Source: Camelus dromedarius
Taxonomy: Eukaryota
DNA: 64,000 nucleotides
Assembly (NCBI RefSeq): GCF_036321535.1
Contig: NC_087447.1
Span: forward strand, 13,578,001 to 13,642,000
Direction of reading: 5' to 3'
Part shown: one piece after another, positions 36,694-50,726 of the stretch
How the letters are laid out: every line of letters begins with the position of its first letter
How positions within the stretch are numbered: position 1 is the stretch's first letter
Program-made: the position numbers and the translations under genes
Notes under the pieces: model-generated
Told to the model about the DNA's origin: nothing
What the model saw: the letters and a program-made list of their open reading frames with translations, nothing else
The model's database searches: none

Positions 36694-37029
36694 GTGCCTC
36701 TTGTATCCATTCTTTACATTCCCATCACCAATGCCCTGTTGCTCCTTATTCAACTCTTGTAAGTAGTCTACTACTGGGGTTCTTGTGCCTGCCTTCTACC
36801 CCTCACTGAACCTCAGTCCATTTCATTCAAGACACACAAAGATCTTTACTAGAATAACATCCAAGATTCCCCCTGCTTCAGATTCCTTTCATTCCTAGTC
36901 ATTCTTTCATTCATATTTTCAGTAACCTTCCATGGCTTTCTATTTCCTAAATATTAAGGCAAATATTCTTTAGCTTTGCATTTACCGATTTTATGCCCAA
37001 CTTGTACCTCTTTTTAAGAGTTCGTGTAC

Positions 37030-37095
37030 AACTGAAGCATTATGCTGTACACTAGAAATTGACACAACATTGTGAACTGACTATACTTCAGTAAA
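37030..37095 (+). mobile_element. Very short L1 3' terminal fragment
   Basis: actgaagcattatgctgtacactagaaattgacacaacattgtgaactgactatacttcagtaaaaa; homologous to the 3' end of the 7.1-10 kb L1. Confidence 0.7.
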
Positions 37096-37465
37096 AATAT
37101 ATATACCAAAAAAGAGTTGGGTACACTATGTATGCAATGTATAATGTCAAATTAGACTCAGTAATCTGTGATGATTACGTGTGCACAAGTGGTCTCTTGC
37201 CTATGTGTTTACAAAAGTTACTTTTATCTATAATCTTAACAAAGACTGCACCTGGGAGGTAATTTGAATTGTCTTTATAATCTCACAATCTTTTATTTCC
37301 AATGTGCAGGCACACACACACACACACATAAATCAAAAGAATTCAAAACTCTATGGAATTTTGAAATGTATTATATAGTATAACGGGAAGTTCAATAAAT
37401 TCAAAGTTGCATTCATAAAAATTGTTTTCTTTTCAGGTAATGCAATTAACCATCACATAAAATAC

Positions 37466-38395
37466 ATGGAGAATAGAAACAATGTGACAGAGTTTGTTCT
37501 ACTGGGGCTCACAGAGAATTCAAAGATGCAGAGAATTGTATTTGCTGTATTTTTTGTCATCTATTCCATCACTGTAGTAGGAAATGTGCTCATTGTAGTC
37601 ACCATCAATGCCAGCCCATCATTGGGGTCCCCCATGTACTTTTTCCTGGCTTATCTCTCCTTTATTGATGCCTGCTATTCCTCTGTCAATACTCCCAAAC
37701 TGATCATAGATTCACTCCATGAAAAAAAGACCATTCTATTCAATGAATGTATGACCCAAATCTTTGGGGAACATTTCTTTGGAGGTGCTGAGGGCATCCT
37801 GCTTACTGTGATGGCCTATGACCGCTACGTGGCCATCTGCAAGCCCCTGCACTACACAACCATCATGAATCGGCGGGTGTGTGGACTATTAGTTGGAGTG
37901 GTATGGGTGGGAGGCTTTCTTCATGCAACCATACAGATCCTCTTCATCTTTCAATTACCCTTCTGTGGCCCTAACGTCATAGACCACTTTATGTGTGATC
38001 TGAACCCTTTACTCAATCTTGCCTGTACTGATACCCACACCCTAGGACTCTTTGTTGCTGCCAATAGTGGGTTCATCTGTCTGTTAAACTTCCTCCTGTT
38101 GATGGTCTCCTATGTGGTCATTCTGCACTCTCTAAGAACCCACAGCTTGGAGAAAAGACGCAAGGCCCTCTCTACCTGCATCTCCCACATCACAGTGGTC
38201 TTCTTATTCTTTGTGCCCTGCACATTTGTGTACATGAGACCCGCAGCTACTTTATCGATTGATAAAGCAGTTGCTGTGTTCTACACAATCATAACTCCCA
38301 TGTTAAATCCATTAATCTATACCTTGAGAAATGCCCAGATGAAAAATGCCGTTGGGAAACTGTGTAGTAGCAAAGCTATTTTAGGTGATAAATAA
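37466..38395 (+). CDS. OR4C46: Olfactory receptor, OR4C46/OR4C13-like (309 aa, intact)
   Basis: [63 protein letters not shown] and C-terminal GDK match recalled human OR4C46. Acceptor ttttcag| at 37436. Confidence 0.9.
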   Translation: MENRNNVTEFVLLGLTENSKMQRIVFAVFFVIYSITVVGNVLIVVTINASPSLGSPMYFFLAYLSFIDACYSSVNTPKLIIDSLHEKKTILFNECMTQIFGEHFFGGAEGILLTVMAYDRYVAICKPLHYTTIMNRRVCGLLVGVVWVGGFLHATIQILFIFQLPFCGPNVIDHFMCDLNPLLNLACTDTHTLGLFVAANSGFICLLNFLLLMVSYVVILHSLRTHSLEKRRKALSTCISHITVVFLFFVPCTFVYMRPAATLSIDKAVAVFYTIITPMLNPLIYTLRNAQMKNAVGKLCSSKAILGDK

Positions 38396-39029
38396 ATGTG
38401 CCTGTAGCCCAACATTGATTCAACTGAAGCAGTGGTCAAAAAGACATTGTGGATAATCTCAGCAAGGAATACTTATGGGATAAATAAAAAATTAACTGCA
38501 ATGAATCTTAGATTGTGTTGTATCAACTGAAGCAGAAATGGGTGCAAGAAAAGAGAGAAAAACGCCACCCAGGACCACTCTTTCCACATTTAGAAAATTG
38601 TTTTACTAGCTTCAACCACATATATGGATTTACATGCTACCCTTCTAATCACAAATTAAAGAAATAATAGAATTTATTGTTATTGAGCAGTAATCTCTGT
38701 AATAATCCAAGGAGATAAGCACTGTTTTGACTGCCATTTTTCAGATGGGAAAACTCACATAAAGGAGAAGGTATCAAAACAGATGTATTGGAAAGCCAGT
38801 AACCAGAAGTGACTGATTTCCCAGATCATGCTCTGAACTGCTATGAACTTCCCAGCAATGATAATAACAAGATCAGGTAACTATAATAGTTACCATTGAC
38901 TGAGCTAGGACCTTTGCTGGGCAGTGTATATATTAGTTCATTATCACTAAAACTCTAATGATTTTTCATTAATAACTGCTTATTTTCATATATCACAATT
39001 GATTGTCCCTGTTACAGTACGTAACTATT

Positions 39030-39225
39030 TTAGTAGTGATTTAGATACAAACTACTGTATATAAAATAGATAAACAATAAGGTCTTACTGTATTGTACAG
39101 GGAATTATACTCAATATCTTGTAATAACCCATAATGAAAAAGAATATGAAAATATATATATGAATCACTATGCTGTATATCAGAAACTAAGACAACATTG
39201 TAAATCAACTATACTTCAAGAAAAA
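39030..39225 (+). mobile_element. Artiodactyl-type L1 3' end
   Basis: tacaaactactgtatataaaatagataaacaataagg...gacaacattgtaaatcaactatacttcaagaaaa. Confidence 0.8.
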
Positions 39226-39449
39226 TTTTTAAAAATAAAAAAATTTTTAAATAAAAATACATGGCTCTTCCACACATAAACAATGTTAGGATAAATATAT
39301 TTATTTTTTCCCTTTGTCTTTAATTCATTAATAGCAAATATTTTTGAGCACAAGGAAAGTATCAAGCATGTTGACAGTTGCTGGGGCTTCAGTGGTGAAT
39401 AAAGAGACCTGGATTCTGCCTTCATAGAGCTTAAGAAAATGAAACACAA

Positions 39450-41245
39450 GCAAACTGAATTCAGTACATCCAAAAGATTATACACCATGACCAAGTGGGA
39501 TTAATCCCTGGGATGCAAGATTGATTTAAAATATGCAAATCAATTAATGTAATACACCACACTCACAGAATGAAAGATAAAACCCCATGATTATGTCAAC
39601 ACATCTAGAAAAAGCATATGATGAAGTTCAAAAACATTTCATGATTAAAAACTCTCAACAAAATAGATTTAGAAGGAAGTTTCCTTAACATAATAAAAGC
39701 CACTCATGAATAACCCATGGCTAACATGATAATCAATGAGAGAAAACTGACAGCTTTTCCTCTAAGATCCAGTACAAAGTAAGGATTCCCACTCTCTCCT
39801 TCTATTCAACATGTTATTAGAAACAGTAGCAAAAGAGACAAGAAAATGTAGTAATAGGCACCCAAATTGGAAAGTCTGCAGGTGATATGATTATATATGT
39901 AGAAAACCCTTAAAACTCCACAAAAATACTGTTAAAACTAATAAATGAACTCAGTAAAAACATAGAATACATTATCAAAATACAAAAATTATTTGCATTT
40001 TTACAGCAAATTATATGAAAAGGAAATCAAGAAAACAGCCCCATTTATGATAGCATTAAAAAGAATTAAATACCTAGAATGAAATTTAACTGATGAGATG
40101 AAAGATCTCTACACTGAAAACTATTAGACATTAACAAAAGAAATTTTAAGTTACAATAAATAGAAAGATATCTATGTTTATGGGTCAGAATTAATATTTT
40201 TAAATTGCCATATGGTTTGCCCATATGACTCCAAACCATCTAAGTTTCAATGAAATTCATATAAGAATTTCAGAACATTTTTTACAGAATTAGAACATAA
40301 AATCCTAAAATACATATGGAACCACCAAAGACCTTGAATAAGCTGGAGGCATCACATGTCCTGATTTCAAAGCACACTTCAAAGATATAGTAACCAAAAC
40401 AGTGTGGCACTGGCATAAAAACAGACACCTAGAACAATGGAACAGAACTGAGAGCCCAGAAATAAACTCTTGCATATACAGTCAATTAATATTTGACCAG
40501 GGTGCCAAGACAACTCAATGGGAAAACGACAGTTTCTTCAATAAATAGTGATGGGTAAACTGTATATTCACATGCAAACGAATGACATTTGACCCATATC
40601 TTATACCCATATACAAAAATAAACACAAAATAAAGACTTAAATGTAAAACCTGAAACTGTAAAACTGCTAGAAGAAAACATAGAGAAAAAGCTTATTGGC
40701 ATTTGTCTGTAATGATTCTTGAAAATTACACTAAAAGCTCAAGCAACAAATGTAACAATAAACAAGTGAGACTACTTGCTTATCAAACTAAAAAATCATC
40801 TGCACATCAAAAGAAGCAACCAAAAAAAGAAAATGCAATAAAAAAAAAGGAAGCAAATATTTACAAACTGTGTATAATAATAAAAGGTTAAAATCAAAAA
40901 TATATAAGAAACTCATACAATTAATTTAGTAGCAAAAAAGTAAATAATTGAATTTTTNNNNNNNNNNNNNNNNNNNNNNNNNNNNNNNNNNNNNNNNNNN
41001 NNNNNNNNNNNNNNNNNNNNNNNNNNNNNNNNNNNNNNNNNNNNNNNNNNNNNNNNNNNNNNNNNNNNNNNNNNNNNNNNNNNNNNNNNNNNNNNNNNNN
41101 NNNNNNNNNNNNNNNNNNNNNTAAATATTAGTGAGAATGTCTAAAAACTGGAACCCATGTGCACTGTTGGTAAGAATGTAAATTTGTCCAACCATAATGA
41201 AAAAAAGTATGGAGGCTCTTCAAACAACTAAAAATATGTGAAACT
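39450..41245 (+). mobile_element. Older L1 ORF2 (RT to C-terminal) fragment with an internal N-run
   Basis: atacaccatgaccaagtgggattaatccctgggatgcaag; acctagaacaatggaacagaactgagagcccagaaataaac. Confidence 0.9.
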
Positions 41246-42197
41246 TAACTTAAGCAATGTAGTACAATGTGAGTAAATATCATCCTTTATCAAGACTACT
41301 TAACTAATGATCATCTCTGGCAACATCTGAACATAAGTCAACAGAAACCTATTTGAACATTTTTAAACCAGTCACACGAGCTTCACTGACCTAGTTCCTG
41401 TCCAAAATGCCTGTACATCTTCATTATTTTTCTTACAACTCTAGATTGAGTCAAAAAAATAAAAAAACATCCTACAGTTTTATCCCGGGAATATCTTCCA
41501 GGTTCCACTTTCTTACCACCACTCTAAAATGTCTTAGGTATCTTCATATCAGATATCTGTCTTGTGGGCTTTTGTATGACATGGCCTTTCTGCCAGATTG
41601 GAGTTTCATTCATCTTTGGATATCATTTCTGGTTTTGTCCTAGGATGCTTATCTACTTTCAGATTTTTCCATAGCTTCACCTTCTGTAGACATTCCTGCC
41701 CCCATTCTGGTGCCAAAGTTTATCTCCCACAACCCCATCATAAACTCTTTTGATAAAGACTAGACCCTTCATTCATTTGTAAAGAGTGTTATACTTAACT
41801 GAACTATGAAAATTTAAAGTTTAAATAACAAGGATGTTTAAATCTGTTGTACAATACCACCTACAAGTGATTGTTTATCTCTGTTTATGCATCTCCAGTG
41901 AAAGGATTGATGAGATAACAGAACATATCTAATGTTATATGAAATTATGGCAAATTAGTTATACAGAATAATTCAATAAATTAGACTTTTACTTATTTCC
42001 AGACTTTACAATAAAAAAAATTGCAGCTAATTACTACCAACAAAGAAAGGGAATTCTTACTTAAAGCTGTGAATTATATCTGACATGGAGTCATTTCTCA
42101 CTTTATAGCACTTTTCTAACACGAACTTGAGATTTGGTCAAATCAAGCCATCTGTTTGTATACTATAAAACGGGTTGTAAGAATTAAGGATAAAAGC

Positions 42198-43008
42198 TGT
42201 ATGCCAGTTATCAATTAATTGTCTCTCAGGTGCAAATAAACCCTTTATTGCCTGCTCCATATTAATGAAAATAGACCCTGTAAGCATTCCTCCCCTGTGC
42301 TTTGCCTAACGATGTTAGACTTTGTCAGTAGGGGGCATTGAAAAGAGGCATCTCTTTCAGCTTTAAATGTGCTTATCTTTTTGTCTTGCTCTGCCTGTGT
42401 AGCTTCCAACGTTGTGTATGCTGTGGAGGGTGGAGAAGGGAGACATCTACTGGTGTTTACTGCCACTGAGTTTCACTGACACCTCCATGGACAGTTTCCC
42501 ATTGAGTTTCAGTGGCACCTTTGCAGGAAGATCCCAGTGAATTTCACAGGTCTATCTGCACCATAGAGGGGTGTTTTCTGCCAGCCTTGCTCCATGGGCA
42601 CCCAAGAGGGGTTTTTCAGGGCCGCAGTTCCTTTTCATGAGCCTGAGCCAACCAGCACTCCAGTGGGAGACTCCCATCTTGCCAGTCCCAGAGACCTTTA
42701 ATGCTTACCAGCCTCTGTCTAGCCACCATGAACAAGCACTGGCTCAAAGCAACCCAGTAAACTTCTTTACCTTTCAATGCACACAACTACACCCTATCCA
42801 AAAGATTGGAATTCCAGCCTTGGGGAGGATGCCCACATCTAAATGTGCTCCTCCCATGGATGTTCATCACTCTGCCCCAGGGCCGCCTTTAGAGTGCTCA
42901 TGACCCCTTTTTATAGTTAATTTCCCAATATAATTAATAATCTTATGTGAAGTTTTTCTGTTCAAATTATTCTGTGGTCTGTCTCCTGGCTGGATCCCGA
43001 TCTATACA
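42198..43008. mobile_element. Old solo LTR (ERVL-class-like)
   Basis: Begins TGTATGCCAGTTATCAATT and ends ...ctgttcaaattattctgtggtctgtctcctggctggatcccgatctatACA; GC-richer than flanks; TSD not preserved. Confidence 0.65.
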
Positions 43009-43299
43009 ATATGGAAAATACCTAATGCAATGCCAGTCTTATAGGCATTTCATAAATAGTATCTCTTTTCACTGTACAACCAAGATTTAATGAACAAGGA
43101 AATTCACAAAAGAATTTATATTGAAGCAGAATTCAAAGTAAAAAAGAAAACCATTAAACATGTTATTTTCAATAATCAGTATAAATGTTACATAAGACAA
43201 TTTTAATATCAATCCAATATTCTAGATTCATACTTTTTAGCTTCTGATTTCAAATTTCCCAGTAATAGATATTCATTTATTAAGAAGTTTTAATTGTTT

Positions 43300-43550
43300 A
43301 TTTTTATTGAAGTATAGTCAGTTTACAATATTGTGTCAATTTCTAGTGTATAGCATAATATGTCAGTCATCCATAAACATACATATATTCCTTTTCATAT
43401 TCTTTTTTCATTGCAGGATACTATAAGATATGGAATATATTTCCCTCTGCTACACAGTAGAAACTTGTATATCTATATTATATATAGTAGTTAGTATCTG
43501 CAATTCTTGAACTCTCAATTTATCCCTTTCCCCCAATAACTATGAGTTTG
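43300..43550 (-). mobile_element. Artiodactyl/camelid L1 3' end, antisense
   Basis: ttattgaagtatagtcagtttacaatattgtgtcaatttctagtgtatagc...ttccctctgctacacagtag. Confidence 0.8.
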
Positions 43551-43757
43551 TTTTAAGAAGTATTTATATTTGATGACAAGATTGTGGGATGGAAGACAGT
43601 AAGTCTGGATTCCAGTCCAAGATTTAGATCTGTGCTTAAGTGGCTACCTGCAAGTATTATTCATTCTCTTGTTAGAATTAACATCTTCATCTATAGATCA
43701 AGAGGCTTGGACAAGTTTACCTCCATTACTTCTGTCTGTAATGCTCAGTGATTCTGT

Positions 43758-44687
43758 TTAATCACTATCTGAAGTCACTCTCTTCCTCCAGAATTTCCTT
43801 ATAGCGTTTTTTACCTCAGCATTTCTGAGGGTATAGATTAAAGGATTTAACATAGGGGCCACCAGAGTATAAAAGACAGCAACAGCTTTATCAACGGGCA
43901 GAGTGGTCACTGGGCGCAGATACACAAATACGCAGGGCACAAAGGATAAGACCACTACTGTGATGTGGGAGACACAGGTGGAGACGGCTTTGCGCCTCCC
44001 CTCCACGCTGTAGCTGTTTAGGGAGTGCAGGATGACAACATAGGAGACCAACAAGAGGAGGAAGTTTAACAGGCAGATGAGCCCACTGTTGGCTGCAACA
44101 AAGAGACCAAGCGTATGAGTGTCCATGCAGACAAGTTTCAACAGAGGGTACAAGTCACACATGAAGTGATCTATGACATTGGGGCCACAGAAGGGCAGCC
44201 AGACTGTAAAGAGGATCTGAATGGTCGCGTGGAGAAATCCTCCAGTCCAGGCCACTCCCAGCAGGAGAACGCACAGCCTGTGGCTCATGATGGCTGTATA
44301 GTGCAGAGGTCGGCAGATGGCAACGTAGCGGTCATAGGCCATTATCGTCAGCAGGATGATCTCAGTGGCACCAAAAATGTGTTCTGCATAGACTTGAGCC
44401 ATACACCCATTAAAGGAGACAATTTTCTTCTCGTGAAGGGAGTCTACAATCAGCTTAGGTGCTGAAGAAGAAGAATAAATTGTGTCTATCAAGGAAAGGT
44501 GGGTCAGGAAGAAGTACATGGGGGAGTTCAGAGTCTGGCTGGTGGTAATGGTAACCACAATGAGCAGGTTGCCTGAGAGGGTTACCATGTACAAAACCAG
44601 AAACACCGCAGACACTGCTTTTTGCATTTGGGGGTTCTGTGTAAGACCTATTAAAATGAATTCAGTCACATTCCTTTCCTTCTCCAT
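43758..44687 (-). CDS. OR4C12: Olfactory receptor, OR4C12-like (309 aa, intact)
   Basis: [51 protein letters not shown] and C-terminal VTSDSD match recalled human OR4C12. Long pyrimidine tract and acceptor with exon start at 44731. Confidence 0.9.
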   Translation of the reverse strand: MEKERNVTEFILIGLTQNPQMQKAVSAVFLVLYMVTLSGNLLIVVTITTSQTLNSPMYFFLTHLSLIDTIYSSSSAPKLIVDSLHEKKIVSFNGCMAQVYAEHIFGATEIILLTIMAYDRYVAICRPLHYTAIMSHRLCVLLLGVAWTGGFLHATIQILFTVWLPFCGPNVIDHFMCDLYPLLKLVCMDTHTLGLFVAANSGLICLLNFLLLLVSYVVILHSLNSYSVEGRRKAVSTCVSHITVVVLSFVPCVFVYLRPVTTLPVDKAVAVFYTLVAPMLNPLIYTLRNAEVKNAIRKFWRKRVTSDSD

Positions 44688-47600
44688 CTATGTGGTGTGG
44701 ATGATAAAAACTCCAGGAATGAATGTTTTACCTTTAAAAAAAAAAAAAAAGAGAGAGAAAAGAAAAAAAGGGGGAAAGGGGGAAAAAAGAACCATATAAG
44801 AATGAAATGCATCAAAACTCTGCTTTTTAAGAGTACTCTGACAATCTCACATATGATTCCTTCTTTCCCAAAACTCTCTGAGAATAGGTAACTTAAAGCT
44901 TCCATTAGTTGACTTAGTCATTTATTATTCTGCCCTCAAAACTATTTTTATAAGACATAGGATAACCAGAAGAAAGAATTCAATTTCCTTGCCTATGGTA
45001 GTCTGCAAAACTTCACTGACACAGCATTGTAATGGAATAATTTTGTCATTAGAAGTAATTTGGAGACCAACAAGACTTAAAAATTTATGAACTTTAAAAA
45101 ACACAAAATAATCTGTTTACATGAATTATAATCATGTAAATATAGATTAAAAGTTAGTGAATGATACTTACTGAGTTAGTATTTAAAGATTATAGGTTTT
45201 ATACATTTTTAAAATAATATTCAAATTCAAATATTTCACTTATAAAATTTTATATAGGTTTTTTTAATCTATGCTAAAAACATGTATATAGAAAAGTTGA
45301 TGAGGAAATAATTTAATACACTGAGGACATTTACACCTAAATGTGAGATTACGGTTGATATTTTATTTCCTAATGGTTTTTAGTATTTTCCAAATTTCTA
45401 TATTTTACATTACTAATTTTATGATTGGAAAATAAAAACAATTTCCATGTTTTGTCTTAGAGTCCTGAAGTTGAAACTGAATTTTTTAATTGATTGGCAT
45501 ATTTATGGGAAAACAAACATATGAAATTGTACATTGGCACATCATGAGACTCCAAGAAATAGTATCTGAATGTAATTGAAGTAGCTGTTCTAACATACTG
45601 AGCTGTTATCAGTTCACCAAATGGACACAGCATGAGGACCTGAGTGGGCTTTGAGAAGATCAGAGTAGAAGGTGAGTCTGCCCTGACTTCCCCATGGATC
45701 ATTTATTAATCATGCTAAACCGCATCTTTAGTCTGCCAACCAAAATTATTGATATCTGATCTTAACTTATACCATTGACTGATAATCAATAAGTCATGTC
45801 TGATAATCAACCAGATCATTTCAATGCAAAATCTCTTTCCATTTACTTAATGAGAAATAAACATATTACTCAATTAAACTTTAAGATAGTATATAACACT
45901 AAGTTTTGTCATTACTAATTTTCACTTTTGCCTAGACTTCAGATTCTATTATTTGCTTTATTTTTTTTTTATTCTCTTTATCTTGATGTATTCTTTTAAA
46001 AAAAATATAGTGAAAGGTAAAGTGAATTATCCCTGTTACATGTGGACAAGGTATATAATGAGGCACATGGAAAGGAAACCTCCTCAAGATGATCCCACAA
46101 AGGCTTCATTGAGAGACTAGCTTTAGAGTTCCAAGCTCCAGGATAATGCTCTCCCTTCTGGATAGCCTAATGCATCAGAGAATCCTTCCAACAACAAGAG
46201 CACTTGAGAAGGAAGTTGAGTGCACTTCTAATTGCCAACTCTTCTCTAGAGGAGATGGCCCTTGGGAGAACCAACAACCAAGTAATATATTTTTATAATT
46301 TCCTGAAATCTGTACCAAAGGGTGGATTTCGTGATCAAAATCAGACAGAAAACCCCAAACTTGACTCACTCGTCCTCATTATGTCACTTATTACTTCAAT
46401 TTCTTGCAAACCTTGAAGTAATTAGAATATATTTTAAAAAGAGTTCTCTTATAGATGTCTTTGATATTCTCTGTTAATTGACAAGCTCAAAAACAGGATC
46501 ATTTTCTTTCTCTGTTCTAAACCTAGTTCATGTTTATTAATACTCAAATCCTCTAATATCCATATTTTTGGAGAAATGAGAAATGGAGTAAAGTGTTAAT
46601 CTCACAAAATAATCCTGATCTTCCATAAAAGGGCACTCAGACTGCAACTGAGAGGCAAGAACTTAAGCAGACAAACTTCTTCCCAAGCAGAGATACCTTT
46701 GTTACTTATTTAAATTCCATACACTCAAACATTATGAAATACAAACTTTTGCTATAAATCTGCTTTTTCTCAGTCTTAATAGAATGCAGGGATTAATTTT
46801 TTTCTATGTAGTTCCTATAATTATCATTAATTTTTGTTGAGTTTTGCTATGTTCTAGGCACCATACTAAGTACTTTATACGCATTATTTCATTTACAACA
46901 TCTTCACAACAATCCTACTAGGTTGGTACACTATTATCTATATTTTAAAGGAAAGGAGAATGTGGTTAGAAGAAGGTAAATGACTTGCCCAAGTCATGAT
47001 AAAAAAAATAAACAATAGAGGAGCTTGTATTCAAAATCAGGAAGTCTGTCTCTAGCTCTTTATAATTTAATACTTCTCCAGTACAGATCCAGTTTACTTC
47101 TGGGAATCAGCAATGTCAGAGTTTGGACAAAGCTACCACCTAGGACCGTATATAATTCGTGGCAGTTATTTTGCTAACCTATGAAGTGTAAAGTCAGATT
47201 TAATGAATTCAAGGGTCTATTTGACAGACCCAGAATTTTTGTACACTACAATTCTTCCAGCACCCTGAATTATATCAACTCATATGCTCTTTAAAGATGA
47301 GGAAACTGAAGCCCAGAGAGGAAGCACAACTAATTAATTAGTAGTAGATAAGAATCCAAGTCTTCTAATGCCCAACACAGTGATTTTTTTCCCCCCACAA
47401 CTATATCTTACCTTCCTTAAGCTGCCTTAAGGTGAGTGTATACAAGGGGAAAATCGCCATACGGTGACAAAGGGAATTAACATTTATATCTTATCTTCAA
47501 AAATTCCTGTCTTGATTCTCTAAGAAAAAGGATCATATTGCTAAGACCACATGCATTGCAGCAGAAATAAGGTCTTGCCTGGTTAGAACAAGATCTAGAA

Positions 47601-47939
47601 AAGCTTGAATATAATCAGAATTTAAAATGCCCATGAGCTTAGAGTTTAATATATGTTCCCAACCACAGCAAAGGGTACTTTCTTTCATCACAAATGCTTT
47701 ATTGTAATATATTCTCCTTTTGGATCTAAATTTTGTGAGCTGATGATTTCCTTCAAAATATAGAGTCCAAATGCTTTGTCTTCAATCCCATGCTGACCTA
47801 AAAACTGACTTAGGAATGCATAAATTGTAAACCTCTTCTTCATAAACTATAGCTAAATCCACATACAGTGAGGAGAACAAATGTTTCTGCAAAATATCCT
47901 AAAATATCTAAAGGTAATCTGCCACAAAATATCAGAAAG

Positions 47940-48780
47940 TAAAGCTTTAATGATTTAAATTATAAACCCCTTGGGAGAAAATGGAAATGTAGAAACTGGT
48001 TTATAAATCAGCAATTCTAGCTCACTTACCGTGGTTGCCTCTGTAGTTAAGGAGTATGCCCAGTGTATTCAGGAGCAAGAAATAACCATTACATGTAATG
48101 TCATATCATGTGTATTGCTTAAGTCCCCATTGACTGGACAATTCCATAGGAAGCAGATATGTCAAGATGACGCAAATTTATTCAAATGGATTCAGCAAGC
48201 ATTTTTAAAGTTCCAATGCCTTGGAAATTTAAGTTAAATGAAAAACAAATGAATGCTATGTTGAATTTGAAACCCCAAATCCTTACGTATTAATGGGAAT
48301 CTTCTGATCTTCAACACCTGGTCTATGGTGTCAGAACAAGAGATATAAATGTTTCTATTACTTAATAAGCCTCTCAATCTGCTCTTGAAACAAGAAAACA
48401 GCTTAGTGAATCTGAGTGTTTAGAGAGGATACTGAGAATGTCAAAGGATCTGTCTTTCTATCTAGACATTTGCCCTCCCAGGAATTAATAATCTCTGGGT
48501 TTGTTTTCTTTCTTTTTTTTTTTTTTCTTTCTTTCTTTCTTTTTTTTTTTTTTTTTAGATTTTGCCTAGAAGCAGATATTTAGGAGAACTCATCCATGAA
48601 CACATCTCCACCTCATTGGTTCTTTTTCCTGCACTTCAAACTAATATATTAACAGCCTACATTCCTGGTCTGGACATTTATGTGATAAAGCATTCCTCAA
48701 ACAAGCCCTTGGGTATCATGAACTGGGACATGAAGGACTCTAAATGCTGTGTAGACAACCCCAAGGGGTTCCATCCAGGT
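47940..48780 (-). promoter_or_regulatory. Candidate promoter/5' exon of the OR4C12-like gene with clustered O/E and homeodomain sites
   Basis: Donor ACG|GTAAGT (48024-48029); TAATGA 47948-47953; CCCCTTGGGA 47967-47976; ctcccaggaattaat at 48475; CCCTTGGG 48706-48713; CCCCAAGGGG 48759-48768; residual homology to copies A and B. Confidence 0.6.
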
Positions 48781-50226
48781 GGCATACCCCTGAGAAAATT
48801 TCCACACTGCCTGAGGTCACCAGAGGAGGTTGAGATAGTGAGTCAGTCTCTCTACTGTACTACAAACACATCAGGACACACTGTGTCTTACAGGAATCTT
48901 GGGACTTGCCAAATTTTCAGGGGAAGTAATATCTAGACTTGGAAGCCAAACAGAGGCAAAATTCTAGTGCCAACACTTTCAGTGCAGAAATATTAAAAGA
49001 TATATTTTTATGCCTTCCCATTGACTTTTTTTTTTTTTTAGGAGTTTGGGCTTTCCACTGGCCATTCAGTGAAAGAAGTCTACCTAGGCAAACAGATTTC
49101 TTCAAAATTTCTTCACACATACTACCCTCAGGACAGTGGAGAGTGGAGAAGCCAAATATGTTCTATCATCTTGAAGTACTCTGCAGCCTAGAAGAGAGAT
49201 TGTTGTTTTAAATCACATACTTAAAGCAGCTGAAGCAGTTATTATATTTAAATGCATGGCTAGGCAGTAGATGGAGAATTGGAAAGGACTAATAATAGCA
49301 GCTATCATCACTGAATAGTGTGTCCTTTTTCCAATCAATATAGTGTATTACACTGCTTGATTTTTCATATATTGAGTCAACTCTGCGTTCCCGGGATACA
49401 TCCCACCTGCACTTGGTATATATTTTATAAGATACTGAATTCAATTTGCTAGTATTTTGTTGAAGACTTTATGTCTATATTCACAAGATATATTGGTTAT
49501 AATTATATTTTATTGGTCAAAGTTTAATGTTTATATAAAATATTTATAAAGTATTTTACTGTATTTATAGTTCTATTTTCTTTGATATCTTTGTCTAGTT
49601 TTGATATCAGGGCAATACTGGTCTTATAGAATTGGGAAGTGTTGGGAAGTGTTCCCTACTGTTTTATTTTTGGAAAGGTTTGTGAAGGATTGGTGTATTC
49701 ATGTTAATTTTTCTTTAAATGTTTGATAAAATTCTCAGGTGAAGCCATCCTGGCTAGCATTTTTCTTTGTGAGAATTTTTAAATTACTAATTCAATCTTT
49801 TTACCTGTTAAAAGTATATTCTGATCATTTATTCCACTTAAATATGTTTCAGCAGTTTGTGTCTTAAATAATTTGTTCACTTCACCTACGGTACATAAAT
49901 TGTTGGCATACAACTGTTCGTGGTATCCCCTTATGTCTTTTTTATTTTCGTGATTTTGGTAGTAATGCCTCCACATTCACTCCTCATTTCTCATTTGAGT
50001 CTTCTATCTTTTTTTCTAGTCGCACTAACTAAAGTTTTGTCATTTTGGTGATTTTTTCAAAGAACCTACTTTATGTTTTGTTTTCTTTTTTATATTCTCT
50101 ACTCTTTTCTCTAATTTATTTGTTTCTACTCTAAACTTTGTTCCTCCCTCCCTGTTTCCTTTGGTTTTAGTTTGTCCTTTTTTCCTAATGTCTTTAGGGG
50201 GAAAGTTAGGTTACTGATTTGAAATC

Positions 50227-50726
50227 TATGGGAAAACAAGTTAACATGATGTCTCCATGAGAATAAGAATACAAAAAGTTTCCTTGTGTGGCCTGGGGTG
50301 AGGCCCGAAACTAAGATGTTTCCTAAGGGCAAACAATGCTGGTCTGGAACAGGCAGCCATGCATGAGCAGAACACTGCTCCAGCATATACACAATGCCGT
50401 TTGCCTAAGGGACTCACTGAAGTTTCTGTGACGTTCATCGGCCCCCTCACAAGGGGAACAGATGGAGTCATGAAGATGATTAATACTGCTTCGCTATTCT
50501 TAGAGTATTGGGGTTTTGTAGATTGTTATTACTGCATTGAATTACTCAGAGTTATTTTCTGCAACACTATTATAATAAATACGATGCGAACCAGCCATTC
50601 AGGGCCCTTGATCCTTGAGATCTTGAGTCCTCTGGTCCCATCTTTGATTCTCTATCTGTCTGTGTGTTTCTTAAGTTCTGCGGCCCCCATCCATAAGCAG
50701 GAAACTTTGTTGTGCTGGATGCAACA
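50227..50726 (+). mobile_element. Solo LTR, ERV2 (betaretrovirus/ERVK-like), 500 bp
   Basis: Splits an L1 with a 6-bp TSD gaaatc (50221-50226) / gaaatt (50727-50732). Starts tatgggaaaa (like TGTGGGGAAAA), ends CA, and has AATAAA at 50574-50579. Confidence 0.75.
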
